Positions 19,131 to 29,721 are shown, counted from the first letter of the stretch. The stretch: DNA of 64,000 nt from Nitrososphaeria archaeon (GCA_963752255.1 CAVVXT010000019.1:64001-128000); one strand, 5' to 3'. Notes: generated by a model from the letters alone, not told the origin. Numbers and translations are program-made.

Positions 19131-20948
19131 TTAAGAAGGCGATTCTTCTTCCGTCGACCTAGCAATATAATAATACCTGCCTTCTTCTTTCTGTATTCTA
19201 TCAAGCTTGCTCTTAGGTTTGTTTATTCTTGGTCTCCCGGTTGTCCAATCCCTCCTGTAAGTTATCCCCAACTCTTTCAGAAATTCATTCATGCCGTCGT
19301 CCTTCATCCGGGGAGCTTCGACGTAACCGAGAACAGACGGGGTCCCCTTGAATATCATAAGTCTATCAGAGACTATGTCAATTAGCTGTATATCGTGGTC
19401 TACAACGATAGCCGACTTGTTCCCAGAGCGAATATATCTTTGGATGATCTTAGCTAGTTCAACCCTATCCTCGGCGTCTATGAAGGCCGAGGGCTCATCA
19501 AGTGCATATATTTCTGCATCCTGTAACAGCGTCGCGGCAACCGCTGTCTTTTGAAGCTCCCCACCACTCAATTTTGAGACCTCTTTCTCAAACAACTTGT
19601 CCACATGAAGTGGGACGATAACTTCATTGAACTCTGAGACTGATGTCACATCCTTACCTGCGACACTATCCAACATTTCTTTCACATACTGGAATTCTCC
19701 TGATGCCAGAAGGTACTGAGGCTTATACGATATTTTTGAAGTGATCGATACTTCCCCCGAATCAGGTTTTTCAACACCCGCTATCATCTTGATAAATGTT
19801 GTTTTACCCAGAGCGTTCGCACCGACTACACCGATTACTTCTCCTAACCTAAGTTTACCGCCTAGGACCTTTAAACTGAATTTATCATAGTGCTTTTCAA
19901 GATTAGTGTATTCTGCCATAGCGACAGATTCTATCTTCTCAGGCTTGGGGGTGTAGATGTCAAAAACGATCCTTTTATCCCTGAAACGAATATTTTCTTC
20001 AGGAATGTAGCCGTCAAGGAAAGCGTTTATGCCCGCCTTTGTAGAAATCACATCGGAGACTACACCATAGACCCCAGGCTCTCCGTAAAGCAGGTGGATG
20101 TGATCGCTGAGGTAGTCAAGAATCGTGAGGTCGTGTTCCACTACGAAAACACATTTTCCGTTTTTTGCAAGATTCATTATTACATTGGAAACTGCAAGCC
20201 TTTGATAAACATCATTATAGGACGATGGTTCATCAAAGAAGTATATGTCCGCATCCTTTGCCGCTGAAACAGCGATCGAAAGCCTCTGGAGTTCTCCGCC
20301 GCTAAGTTGTGAGATGCTCTTAGTTATAGATTCACGCAGGTTAAGTTGCGATATCAAATCGTCTGATGCACCTCGATGGTCCATCACTTTTAACAGGGAC
20401 AACCCGTCTCCCGACCAAACTTTAACAAGATTGTAGACCGCTTGAGGTTTCACACTAACCTTTAGTTGGTTGTTAACTATCTTTTCAAAATGATCTTTCA
20501 AAGCTGTTCCCTTAAAATAGGTTAGAACATCTTCCCATTTAGGTTCGGGTACTCTGCCAAGGTTAGGTTTGAGCAGTCCTGACATAATGTTGATTACGGT
20601 TGACTTACCGACGCCATTTCTTCCTAGAAGACCTACTACAGAATTGGGCTTAGGTGAAGGTAGACGGTAAAGTCTAAAGCTATTCGGACCATATTGGTGC
20701 ATCTTTTCACCTGCCAGTTCTTCGGCAAGGTTAACTATCGAAATAGCTTCGAATGGACAGCGCTTTGGGCAGATACCGCATCCTGTACAAAGAATTTCGC
20801 TGATAAGCGGATAATCGTCTTCGCCTTTTTTGACAGTTTCCTTCTTCATCTTGTTAATGGGGCATACGTTTACGCAGATGTAGGGGCACTTTTTAGGATT
20901 GCAGAGTTCTCGATCTATCACCGCTATTCTGTGAACCACAACTTTCAC
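19131..20948 (-). CDS. Ribosome recycling ATPase ABCE1/Rli1
   Basis: N-terminal 2x[4Fe-4S] Cys motifs and two ABC domains with LSGGELQ; C-terminal GRPRINK. Confidence 0.97.
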   Translation of the reverse strand: MKVVVHRIAVIDRELCNPKKCPYICVNVCPINKMKKETVKKGEDDYPLISEILCTGCGICPKRCPFEAISIVNLAEELAGEKMHQYGPNSFRLYRLPSPKPNSVVGLLGRNGVGKSTVINIMSGLLKPNLGRVPEPKWEDVLTYFKGTALKDHFEKIVNNQLKVSVKPQAVYNLVKVWSGDGLSLLKVMDHRGASDDLISQLNLRESITKSISQLSGGELQRLSIAVSAAKDADIYFFDEPSSYNDVYQRLAVSNVIMNLAKNGKCVFVVEHDLTILDYLSDHIHLLYGEPGVYGVVSDVISTKAGINAFLDGYIPEENIRFRDKRIVFDIYTPKPEKIESVAMAEYTNLEKHYDKFSLKVLGGKLRLGEVIGVVGANALGKTTFIKMIAGVEKPDSGEVSITSKISYKPQYLLASGEFQYVKEMLDSVAGKDVTSVSEFNEVIVPLHVDKLFEKEVSKLSGGELQKTAVAATLLQDAEIYALDEPSAFIDAEDRVELAKIIQRYIRSGNKSAIVVDHDIQLIDIVSDRLMIFKGTPSVLGYVEAPRMKDDGMNEFLKELGITYRRDWTTGRPRINKPKSKLDRIQKEEGRYYYIARSTEEESPS

Positions 20949-20951
20949 CCA

Positions 20952-21470
20952 TCATTCTTCCATTAAACGGCCTGGTATGGGGCAGTATTCACACACTCCG
21001 CCTTCACGATAAATATTCATTTCTTCTGCACTATAAACCTTCTTTAAAGTGTTCCAGACTTCCTTTTCTGACGCATTCGAATTCAGATGGACGAGCTCGT
21101 GGTCTATGATGAGCTTATCGAAATCACATCTGAAGCATTTCTTCTTTATGAAGATCATCCCGAAAAAATAGCTGTTGATAAGGAGGACGAATCCTATCGA
21201 GCCTATAGAGAAGGTGAATAAAATATAGGAGAGTATTAGCAAAAGTTTTAGTGGTAATTCATCAATGTTTAACAAGAGGGCTGTAAATGCTACACCTAAA
21301 CCTATCCAGAGGGCAATAAATATGACACCGAGCAGACCCATGAAATTGTTTCTGTTAAAAGAAAACGCTAGGTTGCGTTTGGCGAGAGAAAGTATTAAGA
21401 GTTGAGGGAGTATTATTAGTAGTAAAGGGTTCAATATAAAAATTCTATAAGATTTCTCTTTTACATTCAA
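20952..21470 (-). CDS. Hypothetical membrane protein with CxxC, HExxH and CxxC in the C-terminal domain
   Basis: Three hydrophobic segments followed by CFRC, HELVH and CEYC. Confidence 0.6.
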   Translation of the reverse strand: MNVKEKSYRIFILNPLLLIILPQLLILSLAKRNLAFSFNRNNFMGLLGVIFIALWIGLGVAFTALLLNIDELPLKLLLILSYILFTFSIGSIGFVLLINSYFFGMIFIKKKCFRCDFDKLIIDHELVHLNSNASEKEVWNTLKKVYSAEEMNIYREGGVCEYCPIPGRLMEE

Positions 21471-21482
21471 CGCTATACACTC

Positions 21483-22316
21483 TCATGGGAAGGCTGGTCC
21501 AACAATGACACCCAACTCTCTACCCGCTTTAACAATCTTGGAATAAACTTTATCCATATGTCCTTCCCTTATTAATCGGATAACAGTAGACAGCCTGTCG
21601 TCTCCAATTTTACTTGAAAGCCTTTTAGATAAGATTGGCCTAAGATTTAGTCTATCGTATAAAAGATGGCTCTTGGTTCTCTTAGCCAAATTCATCACCG
21701 CCATTATTGTTTCTTCATCATCATTGTAGCCTGGTATAATTGGGCCGTAGAAGATCCACGTTTTAACACCGTTTGAAGCGAACCTTTCTAAAGCCTGAGC
21801 TCTCGTTTCAGGTTTAGAGGCGTAAGGTTCAAAGGTTCCTGCGAACTCGTTGTTAAACGATGTAATTGTAAAACCTACTTCAACGTTTTCTCCTCTAATT
21901 AGGTCTTCATCTCTCAATATCAAAGAGGATTTCGTCTGGAAAGAAATTCTAAAGTTATGTTTAAGAAGGGTTTCTATAAGAGTTCTCGCAAGGCACTTCT
22001 CTGATTCGATTGGCTGATAAGGGTCTGTTACTGTACTGAATCCGACCACACCAGGTTTAATTGTGTGGATCTGTCTCATCAAGGTCTCAGATATATTCCC
22101 TTTAGAATATATGATGTGCCCCCAAGAATCGACAAACTGCTTCTTCCTTAGAACGTCTGGTACGTAGCAGTAAAGGCAGCCGTGCTCACATCCCAAATAT
22201 GGATTAATAGTGTAATCTAGTCCTGGAAGACTACTCTTTGAGAGAGCACTGTAGCATTTTACCTCACCGAGATACTTTGCATGTTTTTGGAGCAACAGAC
22301 GTTCACTCTTATCCAA
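21483..22316 (-). CDS. SplB-like (spore photoproduct lyase family) radical SAM protein
   Basis: INPY.GCEHGCLYCY, STVTDPYQP.E, TKS, EP.A....R. Confidence 0.88.
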   Translation of the reverse strand: MDKSERLLLQKHAKYLGEVKCYSALSKSSLPGLDYTINPYLGCEHGCLYCYVPDVLRKKQFVDSWGHIIYSKGNISETLMRQIHTIKPGVVGFSTVTDPYQPIESEKCLARTLIETLLKHNFRISFQTKSSLILRDEDLIRGENVEVGFTITSFNNEFAGTFEPYASKPETRAQALERFASNGVKTWIFYGPIIPGYNDDEETIMAVMNLAKRTKSHLLYDRLNLRPILSKRLSSKIGDDRLSTVIRLIREGHMDKVYSKIVKAGRELGVIVGPAFP

Positions 22317-22458
22317 GAAATTTAGGTTGTTTTTAACAATTGCGATAGCGACAAGCCTTTTAATTCTTTAAAGTAAATACTTGGATTGATAAAATTGATT
22401 TAAGGAATCTAAAGATGTTTTAACAGTAACGTCTCATAGAAAAAACAATATATCATCA

Positions 22459-23769
22459 TTATGTCGTTTGTTTCCAGTAGTCAGTTATCTTCCTCTGAAA
22501 GTGACAGTTTCTTAGTATTTCACTCTTTGTAACCCATCTGTTCAGAGGTATCGTAAGAGCTTTGGATAGACCCTTCAAAGCAGAATCCAAATCTTCATAA
22601 ATATCAGGTTTATTTTTGAACATGCTTCTGACGCACTCTCTAACAAACCATACTCCTAAAGGCAGAGGAAATTCAGGATGAATTTCCCTTAAAATGAGGA
22701 CGGTAGCCTGTCTTTTCATTCTTTCTAGAACTTCAGCCGCACCAAGCTTTGACGAGAAATAGCAGCCTCCTATACTTGGATACGTAGTCCTCCCCCAGTA
22801 ACTTTCGTAATCTCCGCCTACATCTGCTTCAGGTAAGGTTTGATTCCAAAAGGTTCCAGGGAACCATGCCTCCATCCATTCGTAACTCCATTTCTCAGGA
22901 AAGAGCAGTGCCGCATATATGTTATGCATGTATATGTATTTGTATAGGAGGTACTTGTCTACTGTTTCATATCTCTTAACCTTGTCTATATTTGTTGATG
23001 CTATCATGCTGTCAACAGCCGTTATGCTCCATCTTGTCGGAACAAGTTTTCTATTGTTTTTTAATCCAAACATTCCAACGCTGAAGGCTTTTTGGATCTT
23101 GCTTACTTCAATCCCTGAATTATATAATTCAATTACAGCGTCATGAGATAAAAGGTCCGTGTCGTAATATAACTTCTCAATCCTTCTATCGGCTGAAACA
23201 TTCTGCAGCTTGAAGTTTTTGAAAGGAGCACTCGGCCCAAAAGGCTGCGAATGATCATCTATGTAGATTGTGCCAGAGGGCTTCTTAGTGAATTCAATTT
23301 CAGATTCCACCGGCTTAGAGCTCATCGCTAGCTCATGCAGATTTCCTATCAGACGGTTTCCTAATCTAACGTCGGTAACTTTCATCTGAGTTTTTCCTCT
23401 TAAAAGAGAATACCTGTAATCAATGATCTGCTCTAAAGGTGTTCCCATCCATTCTTCAGGAAGATCCATTATAAGGGTATCTCCTGTGATTGGAGGAACC
23501 ATAGGCCCGATTGCAACCTTAGGGTAGCCGTATCTTCCTACAAAGACAGAAGGTGGAGATGAGCCAGCTACGTAGTTAGAGTTTATTGGTTTGGACACTT
23601 TCACCATCGCCATCGCTTTTAGGGTTATAGGGCATACAGCTTTTCCGCAGAGATTTCTTCCTCCTCTGCAGTAAATGCAAATTGAGGAGAATTTTCCTCT
23701 GACAGAGACTCCGCTACTGTCTAGATCTCTTTTCACATGTTCTGGAACTATCTGGTCAAGCCGGCTCAT
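22459..23769 (-). CDS. nreA: Archaeal DNA repair protein NreA
   Basis: C..C.G...CG...CP, GSSPPSVFVG..GYPKV, LVPTRWSITAVD, C-terminal PIP box QRKITDYW. Confidence 0.93.
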   Translation of the reverse strand: MSRLDQIVPEHVKRDLDSSGVSVRGKFSSICIYCRGGRNLCGKAVCPITLKAMAMVKVSKPINSNYVAGSSPPSVFVGRYGYPKVAIGPMVPPITGDTLIMDLPEEWMGTPLEQIIDYRYSLLRGKTQMKVTDVRLGNRLIGNLHELAMSSKPVESEIEFTKKPSGTIYIDDHSQPFGPSAPFKNFKLQNVSADRRIEKLYYDTDLLSHDAVIELYNSGIEVSKIQKAFSVGMFGLKNNRKLVPTRWSITAVDSMIASTNIDKVKRYETVDKYLLYKYIYMHNIYAALLFPEKWSYEWMEAWFPGTFWNQTLPEADVGGDYESYWGRTTYPSIGGCYFSSKLGAAEVLERMKRQATVLILREIHPEFPLPLGVWFVRECVRSMFKNKPDIYEDLDSALKGLSKALTIPLNRWVTKSEILRNCHFQRKITDYWKQTT

Positions 23770-23885
23770 TGGTCACAACCAATGGTCAAACGGTCAATTT
23801 TAAACTTTAGTCTTACAAGACTATTCTATGGTATTCTGCCTAAAGTTTAACTATATTTGGAGTCATCGCTAGACGTGAGCTAGGA

Positions 23886-24584
23886 ATGACGCTTAAGATG
23901 CCTTGGAGGGGTTGGAAGCATGTAACAAAGCTTGACCCCGATAAAGACAACAAGGAGGAAATAGTTAACACAGTTCTAGAAAATCGTACAGATGCTATAC
24001 TAGTTGGCGGGACACAGGGTGTAACTTTAGAGAAAGTCAGAAGGTTGAAGAAAACACTCGGAGATTGTGATGTCCCAGTACTGCTAGAGCCGTCGAAAGC
24101 TGAAGCAGTTGATCTTTCTTACGATTACTTCTTTGTACCACTTGTTTTAAACTCTCAGGAGAGGTGGTGGCTTGGTGGAGCTCACATAGAATGGATAAAC
24201 TCTCTTAATAAGAAATTTGGAAGCTACGATAGCATTCCATGGGATAAAATTGTAATAGAAGCTTACATCGTTCTAAATCCTGAATCTGTAGTTGCTAGGG
24301 TTACAAAAAGCATCACTAATTTAACGATAGATCAGATCGTCTCTCATGCCGTATACGCTGACAGAATATTGAACGCCCCCATAATATATATAGAATACAG
24401 CGGAAAATTTGGAGACCCGAACATTGTGAAGACGGTTAAGGACAACCTGAGAAGTTCCCATCTTTTCTACGGCGGCGGAATCGACTCAAAAGATAGAGCA
24501 GCGATTATGGGAAAATATGCCACAGTAGTAGTTGGAAATATAATATACGATGATGTGCAAAAATATAAGCAGACAATAATTTAG
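23886..24584 (+). CDS. Geranylgeranylglyceryl phosphate synthase (group I, PcrB/AF0403-like)
   Basis: WKHVTKLDPDK, YIVLNP.S.VA.VT, YIEYSG, FYGGGI, VVGN. Confidence 0.92.
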   Translation: MTLKMPWRGWKHVTKLDPDKDNKEEIVNTVLENRTDAILVGGTQGVTLEKVRRLKKTLGDCDVPVLLEPSKAEAVDLSYDYFFVPLVLNSQERWWLGGAHIEWINSLNKKFGSYDSIPWDKIVIEAYIVLNPESVVARVTKSITNLTIDQIVSHAVYADRILNAPIIYIEYSGKFGDPNIVKTVKDNLRSSHLFYGGGIDSKDRAAIMGKYATVVVGNIIYDDVQKYKQTII

Positions 24585-24602
24585 TAATAATGAAGTATCA
24601 GT

Positions 24603-25436
24603 CTATTTCTGGCGTATGGCCTTCGCAGCTCCTATTGCTGTAGCATAGAGGGCGTTAACTGGAATGGTAGCTTTCCCTCCAAGAATTCTAAGGGTTTCAT
24701 TTAGCTCTCGTGAGAAAAGTTCCTGCGCTGGAAGCCTGCCAACATAGACGATTTCGTTTTCTAGATTCTTCTGTTTTGCCGCAAAATAGGTTATCGTCGC
24801 AATGGTCTGCGCTATCATCACTATGAGGCCTAAAGCTATATCTTCTGACCTAGTATCATCGCCAACTTTGCCGAAATTAGATGCTGTAGCGTTTGCAGGT
24901 ATTATCCCTATTGGACCTCCTCTAATATCTTGAACCAGAAGGTTTGTTCGCGATATTTCTCCCATCTTCGCCTTTTGAAAGATAGTTGAAGCTTTATCTT
25001 TATTGAGTAAGAGTTTTCCGAGACCGACCATTGTTCCCCCTCCCACACCTGTTCCCCCCAAGTGCTCTACATGATATTTTGTGCCATCTTCCCTAGCATA
25101 GACTATAGCTGTCCCCGTCCCTATACTTGCCACTATAGATTCTTTTTTACCTGACAGGTATAGGCCTCCTATCCCTACCGCGTCAATTTCGCTTATTATG
25201 CTGTATTTTAGTTCCGTCATGTCGAACTTGAATCCTCTTCCTATCGAACCTGTAAGCGCAACTTCAGATATGTCTCTCATCTTTATCTGCGCTTCAGACA
25301 ATAGCTTTCCCAAGCAGCCTAAGGCAGAAGCTAATGAATCTGAAGCTTGAACTTCCGATAATGCCCAAATCTTGCTTTCGTTGAGTAGTACACCCTTTGT
25401 TATACTTCCTCCAATATCTAACCCGGCCACTATCAT
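24603..25436 (-). CDS. Type II (Fumble/CoaW-like) pantothenate kinase
   Basis: GLDIGGS.TK, SIGTGT, H.GGTGVGGGT..GL, TASNFGK. Confidence 0.8.
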   Translation of the reverse strand: MIVAGLDIGGSITKGVLLNESKIWALSEVQASDSLASALGCLGKLLSEAQIKMRDISEVALTGSIGRGFKFDMTELKYSIISEIDAVGIGGLYLSGKKESIVASIGTGTAIVYAREDGTKYHVEHLGGTGVGGGTMVGLGKLLLNKDKASTIFQKAKMGEISRTNLLVQDIRGGPIGIIPANATASNFGKVGDDTRSEDIALGLIVMIAQTIATITYFAAKQKNLENEIVYVGRLPAQELFSRELNETLRILGGKATIPVNALYATAIGAAKAIRQK

Positions 25437-25581
25437 CCGATTCGCTGTAGATATTCTTCCCTTTATTTCTTTTACTAACAAAGAAAAAGTAAGCCGGAGA
25501 GTTTAACTCAAACGCAGTGGGTTCAAGAAAAGAAACGGAAAAGGATAAGAACTGCATGATTCACCTGAAAGGTGCAGAATT

Positions 25582-26391
25582 ATGAATCAAGTCATCAACA
25601 AGCCGAATAGGGTCGTACTTGTGTCAAGGATCGCCATCTGCGCTGCCCTCTATGCTGTGATAAATGGTATTACAGCCGCAATTCCTACGCCATTTTCGAT
25701 AGGACAATTCAGACCTGGTGTGATAATACCGGCTTTATTTTCAATCATATTCGGAACTCTAGTGGGGTCGGTTGGCGCAGCTTTAGGGTCTTTTATAGGT
25801 GACATAATTTTTTTGACACCTTTAGGACGTACCAACCCCTTGTTGGCGTTGGTGGCTGGAGTTCCAGGTAATTTTGTTGGGTTTCTTGTTTTTGGCATTA
25901 TAATTAATAGATATAAATCGTGGAGCTGGTTTATGATCGATAGCCTTATAGCTCTATTTATAGGCAATTTTATTGCCGGTGCCGGAGTGGTTCTAATAGT
26001 TTTCCAAATAAGTAGCACCCCACTGCCCTTTGGATTAGCATTAGGTGCGACGCTAGGGTACGCCTTTTGGTGGTTATTCACAATGCTACCTTTTATGCTA
26101 CTAGTTTTACCACTAATTTTGCGTATATTCCTTAGATATGAAAACGGAAAGGTTTTAGCGCGTGAATTTCTAACGTGGAAAGAGGAGTCAATAAAGCACG
26201 TTGCTTTGGTGTCTGTTCTTGTTTCTTTACCATTATTTCTTATTTTCATGTTCAGTTACACACCTTACCTTTCTGGTGCATTTGCTGCTCTTGGAAGCCT
26301 ATCTGATTTGATCCGTTATCTGATATTAGGGTCAGCCGTTGTACTGCTGTTAACCCCTTTTGCTCCAAAGATAGCGGGTGTTAGATCGTAG
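25582..26391 (+). CDS. ECF transporter S-component-like membrane protein
   Basis: AALYAV, QFRP...IPA.F...FG...G.VGAA.G...GD pattern with 6-8 TM helices. Confidence 0.7.
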   Translation: MNQVINKPNRVVLVSRIAICAALYAVINGITAAIPTPFSIGQFRPGVIIPALFSIIFGTLVGSVGAALGSFIGDIIFLTPLGRTNPLLALVAGVPGNFVGFLVFGIIINRYKSWSWFMIDSLIALFIGNFIAGAGVVLIVFQISSTPLPFGLALGATLGYAFWWLFTMLPFMLLVLPLILRIFLRYENGKVLAREFLTWKEESIKHVALVSVLVSLPLFLIFMFSYTPYLSGAFAALGSLSDLIRYLILGSAVVLLLTPFAPKIAGVRS

Positions 26392-26513
26392 TCGAACAGG
26401 CCATGTAATAAATATTCAGTAAATCAACACAACTCAGGCGTGGACATTTCACACGCGCGACATCACAAGTTCTTTTATCGTTCTTTCCTGATATTCGTAA
26501 ACAGGCGTAAAGT

Positions 26514-27743
26514 TTAAACCTTATATGAAATCCCTGGCTGAAGATTTTTTATGACGTTGAGCTTATCGATGACCTTCTCCCTGATTGTTTTGCTGTCCTC
26601 AAACTTTTTTACAATCTTGCCGTCAATAATTAGATCGTTGAGCAAAGGGATCATCTTCTTTGAAGGGGGTCTCTCTTCCCTGAGTGTAACAAAATCTGCA
26701 TATGTATCCGGATCACGGTACACAGCCTTTGCACCGCCAATATCTCCCCTTTTAGCCATTGGCACCATCACTCCATCTCTCTCAACAGCTACAATTTTGG
26801 CGCAGAAATCAACAGGTTGTGCGCCGCTTACGGATGCTCCTATACCAAAACCATCCACAAGATCCGAAAGCTCTTGAATTGTTTTTTCATCTATCCCTCC
26901 GCTTATGAAAATCTTGACGTTTTTCATTCCTCTGGCATGAAGTTCCCATTTAACCTCCTCTATGATCTTCCGCCATTCTCCCCTCCTTGATTTCGGTGTA
27001 TCGAGTCTTACGCCATCAAGTTTTGAGCCGAGTGTTTCTGCCGCCATTATCGCTTCTATTTTCTCGTCACAGAAGGTGTCTATCAGAGCTATTCTCGGAA
27101 CATCCTTGGGCATCGTTTTATCGAGTGCTAGCCAAGCTTTCCTTTGGTCTTCGAATACTTGAACCATCGCATGTGGCATTGTGCCAACAGGTGTCAGACC
27201 CAGTAGCTTTCCTGCTAAAACGTTAGATACTCCATTGAATCCTGCGATGTATGCTGCTCTCTCCGATGCGGGAGCTATAGCGGGGTGAATTCTTCTTGAA
27301 CCGAAACTGAACATTACCCTGTCTAAAGCGAGAATTCTGAAGTGTGCTGCTTTAGATGCGACCCCTGTATTGCTGGATAGAAGGCCTAGAAGCGGGTTCT
27401 CGTATAAGCAGAAGTCATCGTAATAACATTCTATCTGCATAACCGGTTCGTACACTATAGACTTGGAGTTGACCTCGAATATTTCACCTTCGTCCATACT
27501 TTTGACGTTTATTGGCAAACCTTCCAGAAGCTTTGCTGCGTCGTGTACGCCGAGCAGTATGCCCCAGTTTCCTTCGAATGGCAGGTTTCTAGCGTAGACC
27601 TCAATTACAACCTTCTTATGTAAACCGAATTCTTCAAGAGCCCTTTTTGTGTAAATTAAATATACGTCAGTAGTCTCCGCATTTTTAATCTCATGCTCTG
27701 TGGCAATCCAAAAAAGTCTATCCAAAACTGGATCATTCCCCAA
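26514..27743 (-). CDS. pncB: Nicotinate phosphoribosyltransferase
   Basis: TTDVY, SFGSRR.HP, GTMPHA, LIDTF, VRLDTP.SRRG, SGG. Confidence 0.92.
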   Translation of the reverse strand: MGNDPVLDRLFWIATEHEIKNAETTDVYLIYTKRALEEFGLHKKVVIEVYARNLPFEGNWGILLGVHDAAKLLEGLPINVKSMDEGEIFEVNSKSIVYEPVMQIECYYDDFCLYENPLLGLLSSNTGVASKAAHFRILALDRVMFSFGSRRIHPAIAPASERAAYIAGFNGVSNVLAGKLLGLTPVGTMPHAMVQVFEDQRKAWLALDKTMPKDVPRIALIDTFCDEKIEAIMAAETLGSKLDGVRLDTPKSRRGEWRKIIEEVKWELHARGMKNVKIFISGGIDEKTIQELSDLVDGFGIGASVSGAQPVDFCAKIVAVERDGVMVPMAKRGDIGGAKAVYRDPDTYADFVTLREERPPSKKMIPLLNDLIIDGKIVKKFEDSKTIREKVIDKLNVIKNLQPGISYKV

Positions 27744-27848
27744 TTATGTCTCCTGTGATTGTAGATAACACAACATAGATAAAAGTTTAACGTCTGCATC
27801 ATATGATAGATACCTGTCTCAAGATTTAGACAAGCTGCAGTTTCGAAC

Positions 27849-28262
27849 CTACGCTTTCTTATCTTTACTCTTTCGGCTTTCTCTTATCGCACGCAGATTT
27901 TCTCTCCTAGCTCGAGCGTACACCTCTGCCATAATATTTCTTGCAGATCTCAACTGTTCCAGTGCTTGAATCACTTTTCCTTCCCCCATAAATCGGAGCA
28001 CGTTTGCTAATTGGTCTCCAGCCAAATTTATCGTTTGTTCCATGTGATCGACATCGATCCGCGTACTTATATTATCTGGGAATTCGACATCTGAAATTTC
28101 AAGCTTAACAAGGAACACCGCTGACTCGCAGTCCCTGTAGACCGCCCATAACTCTTTTTCGAGATCCTTAACTGGGGTTCCAGCCATAACTTGTTCCTCT
28201 ACCGATTTTATTCCATTCGCGGCACTATCCACGAACTTTAAAATATCAGGTGAACGTCCCAT
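27849..28262 (-). CDS. Hypothetical helical protein
   Basis: 137-aa ORF with ATG start that fills the intergenic gap. Confidence 0.6.
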   Translation of the reverse strand: MGRSPDILKFVDSAANGIKSVEEQVMAGTPVKDLEKELWAVYRDCESAVFLVKLEISDVEFPDNISTRIDVDHMEQTINLAGDQLANVLRFMGEGKVIQALEQLRSARNIMAEVYARARRENLRAIRESRKSKDKKA

Positions 28263-28345
28263 GTTTCAGATTCTCTGCATTAAAATATAATGATTTAAAA
28301 AGTTTTTATCACCTCTAAAACAGAAAATCTATCAGCGATTTAGGT

Positions 28346-29002
28346 ATGGCGTTTGAGCTGGTTTCCATTAATGATCTCGGCAGACTAGCCTGTGCTTTTG
28401 AACGGACACCTCAGCCTATATTTGCTTTCAAAGGAAACAAGTCTTGGAATCTTATAATACAGTTTCAGATAGATGAAAAAAAGATAGACTTCTTCCATGT
28501 TCAATGCAATAAAATCGGATCTTTTCTTGGTTACAAGAACGTCTACGGCAACGAAATAGTTGAATTCTTCTCGGTTGTTCAAAATGCTTCATATATCTAT
28601 GCACCTATTATATTTCTTAGGAAGTCTCCGTTTAAACAGGGTGAACATAATAAATTTTTGGGAAATGTTCCTCTAATCGAATTGGAAGATATAGGAAGTC
28701 TGATAAGAATTGTCACATACAAGATTCTCTATGAGGAATCACCTCTACCTGTTTTTCTTTACCCTCTTAGCTCGGGCTCAGCTCTTTTTACCATGCTAAG
28801 CTATTCGGAGGAAGGACCCGCAAGTGTATATTATATAAAAGTAAATGAGGTGCCTGAACAAAATTTCATAAAATATGCCTCCGACCGAGAAGAAACCGAC
28901 TATACGGACAATGTTGATGAATCAGGATCAATTTATGTAAAGATTATTAAGTTAAGGAGTTTTCCATCAAATGTGGGAAAATGGCCTTCGCGCAAAGGAT
29001 AA
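28346..29002 (+). CDS. Conserved hypothetical protein (two similar halves)
   Basis: 218-aa ORF overlapping the pyrF start; internal similarity between INDLGRL and LEDIGSL regions. Confidence 0.65.
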   Translation: MAFELVSINDLGRLACAFERTPQPIFAFKGNKSWNLIIQFQIDEKKIDFFHVQCNKIGSFLGYKNVYGNEIVEFFSVVQNASYIYAPIIFLRKSPFKQGEHNKFLGNVPLIELEDIGSLIRIVTYKILYEESPLPVFLYPLSSGSALFTMLSYSEEGPASVYYIKVNEVPEQNFIKYASDREETDYTDNVDESGSIYVKIIKLRSFPSNVGKWPSRKG

Positions 29003-29721
29003 GGGACGCTTCAGTCAGCAAGAAGAGCAGGATCGTAGTAGGTCTAGACCTAAAATCTGAAGATTTTAGTCAGTTGGCGCAAAAGGCTGAGCATATTATA
29101 AATCTTGTTCAAGGAGAAATATGTGCTGTCAAAATAAATTTTCATCTTATAATCCCCCTCGGAATATCTGAATTAAGTAGAATTGTGACAGAAGCGCACA
29201 GACATGGCCTTCAGGTGATTGCTGATATTAAACTAAACGATGTATCTTCAACAAATCTAGCAGCCACAGAAATATTATGGAAAGCCGGCTTCGATGCCGT
29301 CATATCAAATCCCTTTGCCGGTTTCGTTGAAGGTCTTGGGCCATGTTTAGAGGAAGCTCATAAAAGAGGGAAAGGCATGATCCTTCTCATATATATGAGT
29401 CACAGAGGTGCTGTTGAAAACTATGACCTAGATGTTCTTTATGGAGGACAGGTTCAGAAGATGTATGATCTCTTCGTACAAAGAGCGAAAAGCTGGGCTG
29501 TTGACGGACTCGTAGTTGGTGCGACGAAGCCTGAGATAATAGCCCACGTAAAAAAAGAAGCAAGAGGCATACCCATTTTTTCTCCCGGCCTAATTGCGCA
29601 AGGGGGAGACCCTAAAGAGGCTGTTAAAGCGGGCGCAGATTACCTTATAGTTGCGAGAGGAATAATAGCGGCTGCCGATCCACTCTTAAAAGCAAGAGAA
29701 ATACGAGCTGCAACATGGTAG
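28981..29721 (+). CDS. pyrF: Orotidine-5'-phosphate decarboxylase
   Basis: VGLD, DIKLND, MSH, VVGAT, SPG..AQGG. Confidence 0.92.
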   Translation: MAFAQRIRDASVSKKSRIVVGLDLKSEDFSQLAQKAEHIINLVQGEICAVKINFHLIIPLGISELSRIVTEAHRHGLQVIADIKLNDVSSTNLAATEILWKAGFDAVISNPFAGFVEGLGPCLEEAHKRGKGMILLIYMSHRGAVENYDLDVLYGGQVQKMYDLFVQRAKSWAVDGLVVGATKPEIIAHVKKEARGIPIFSPGLIAQGGDPKEAVKAGADYLIVARGIIAAADPLLKAREIRAATW

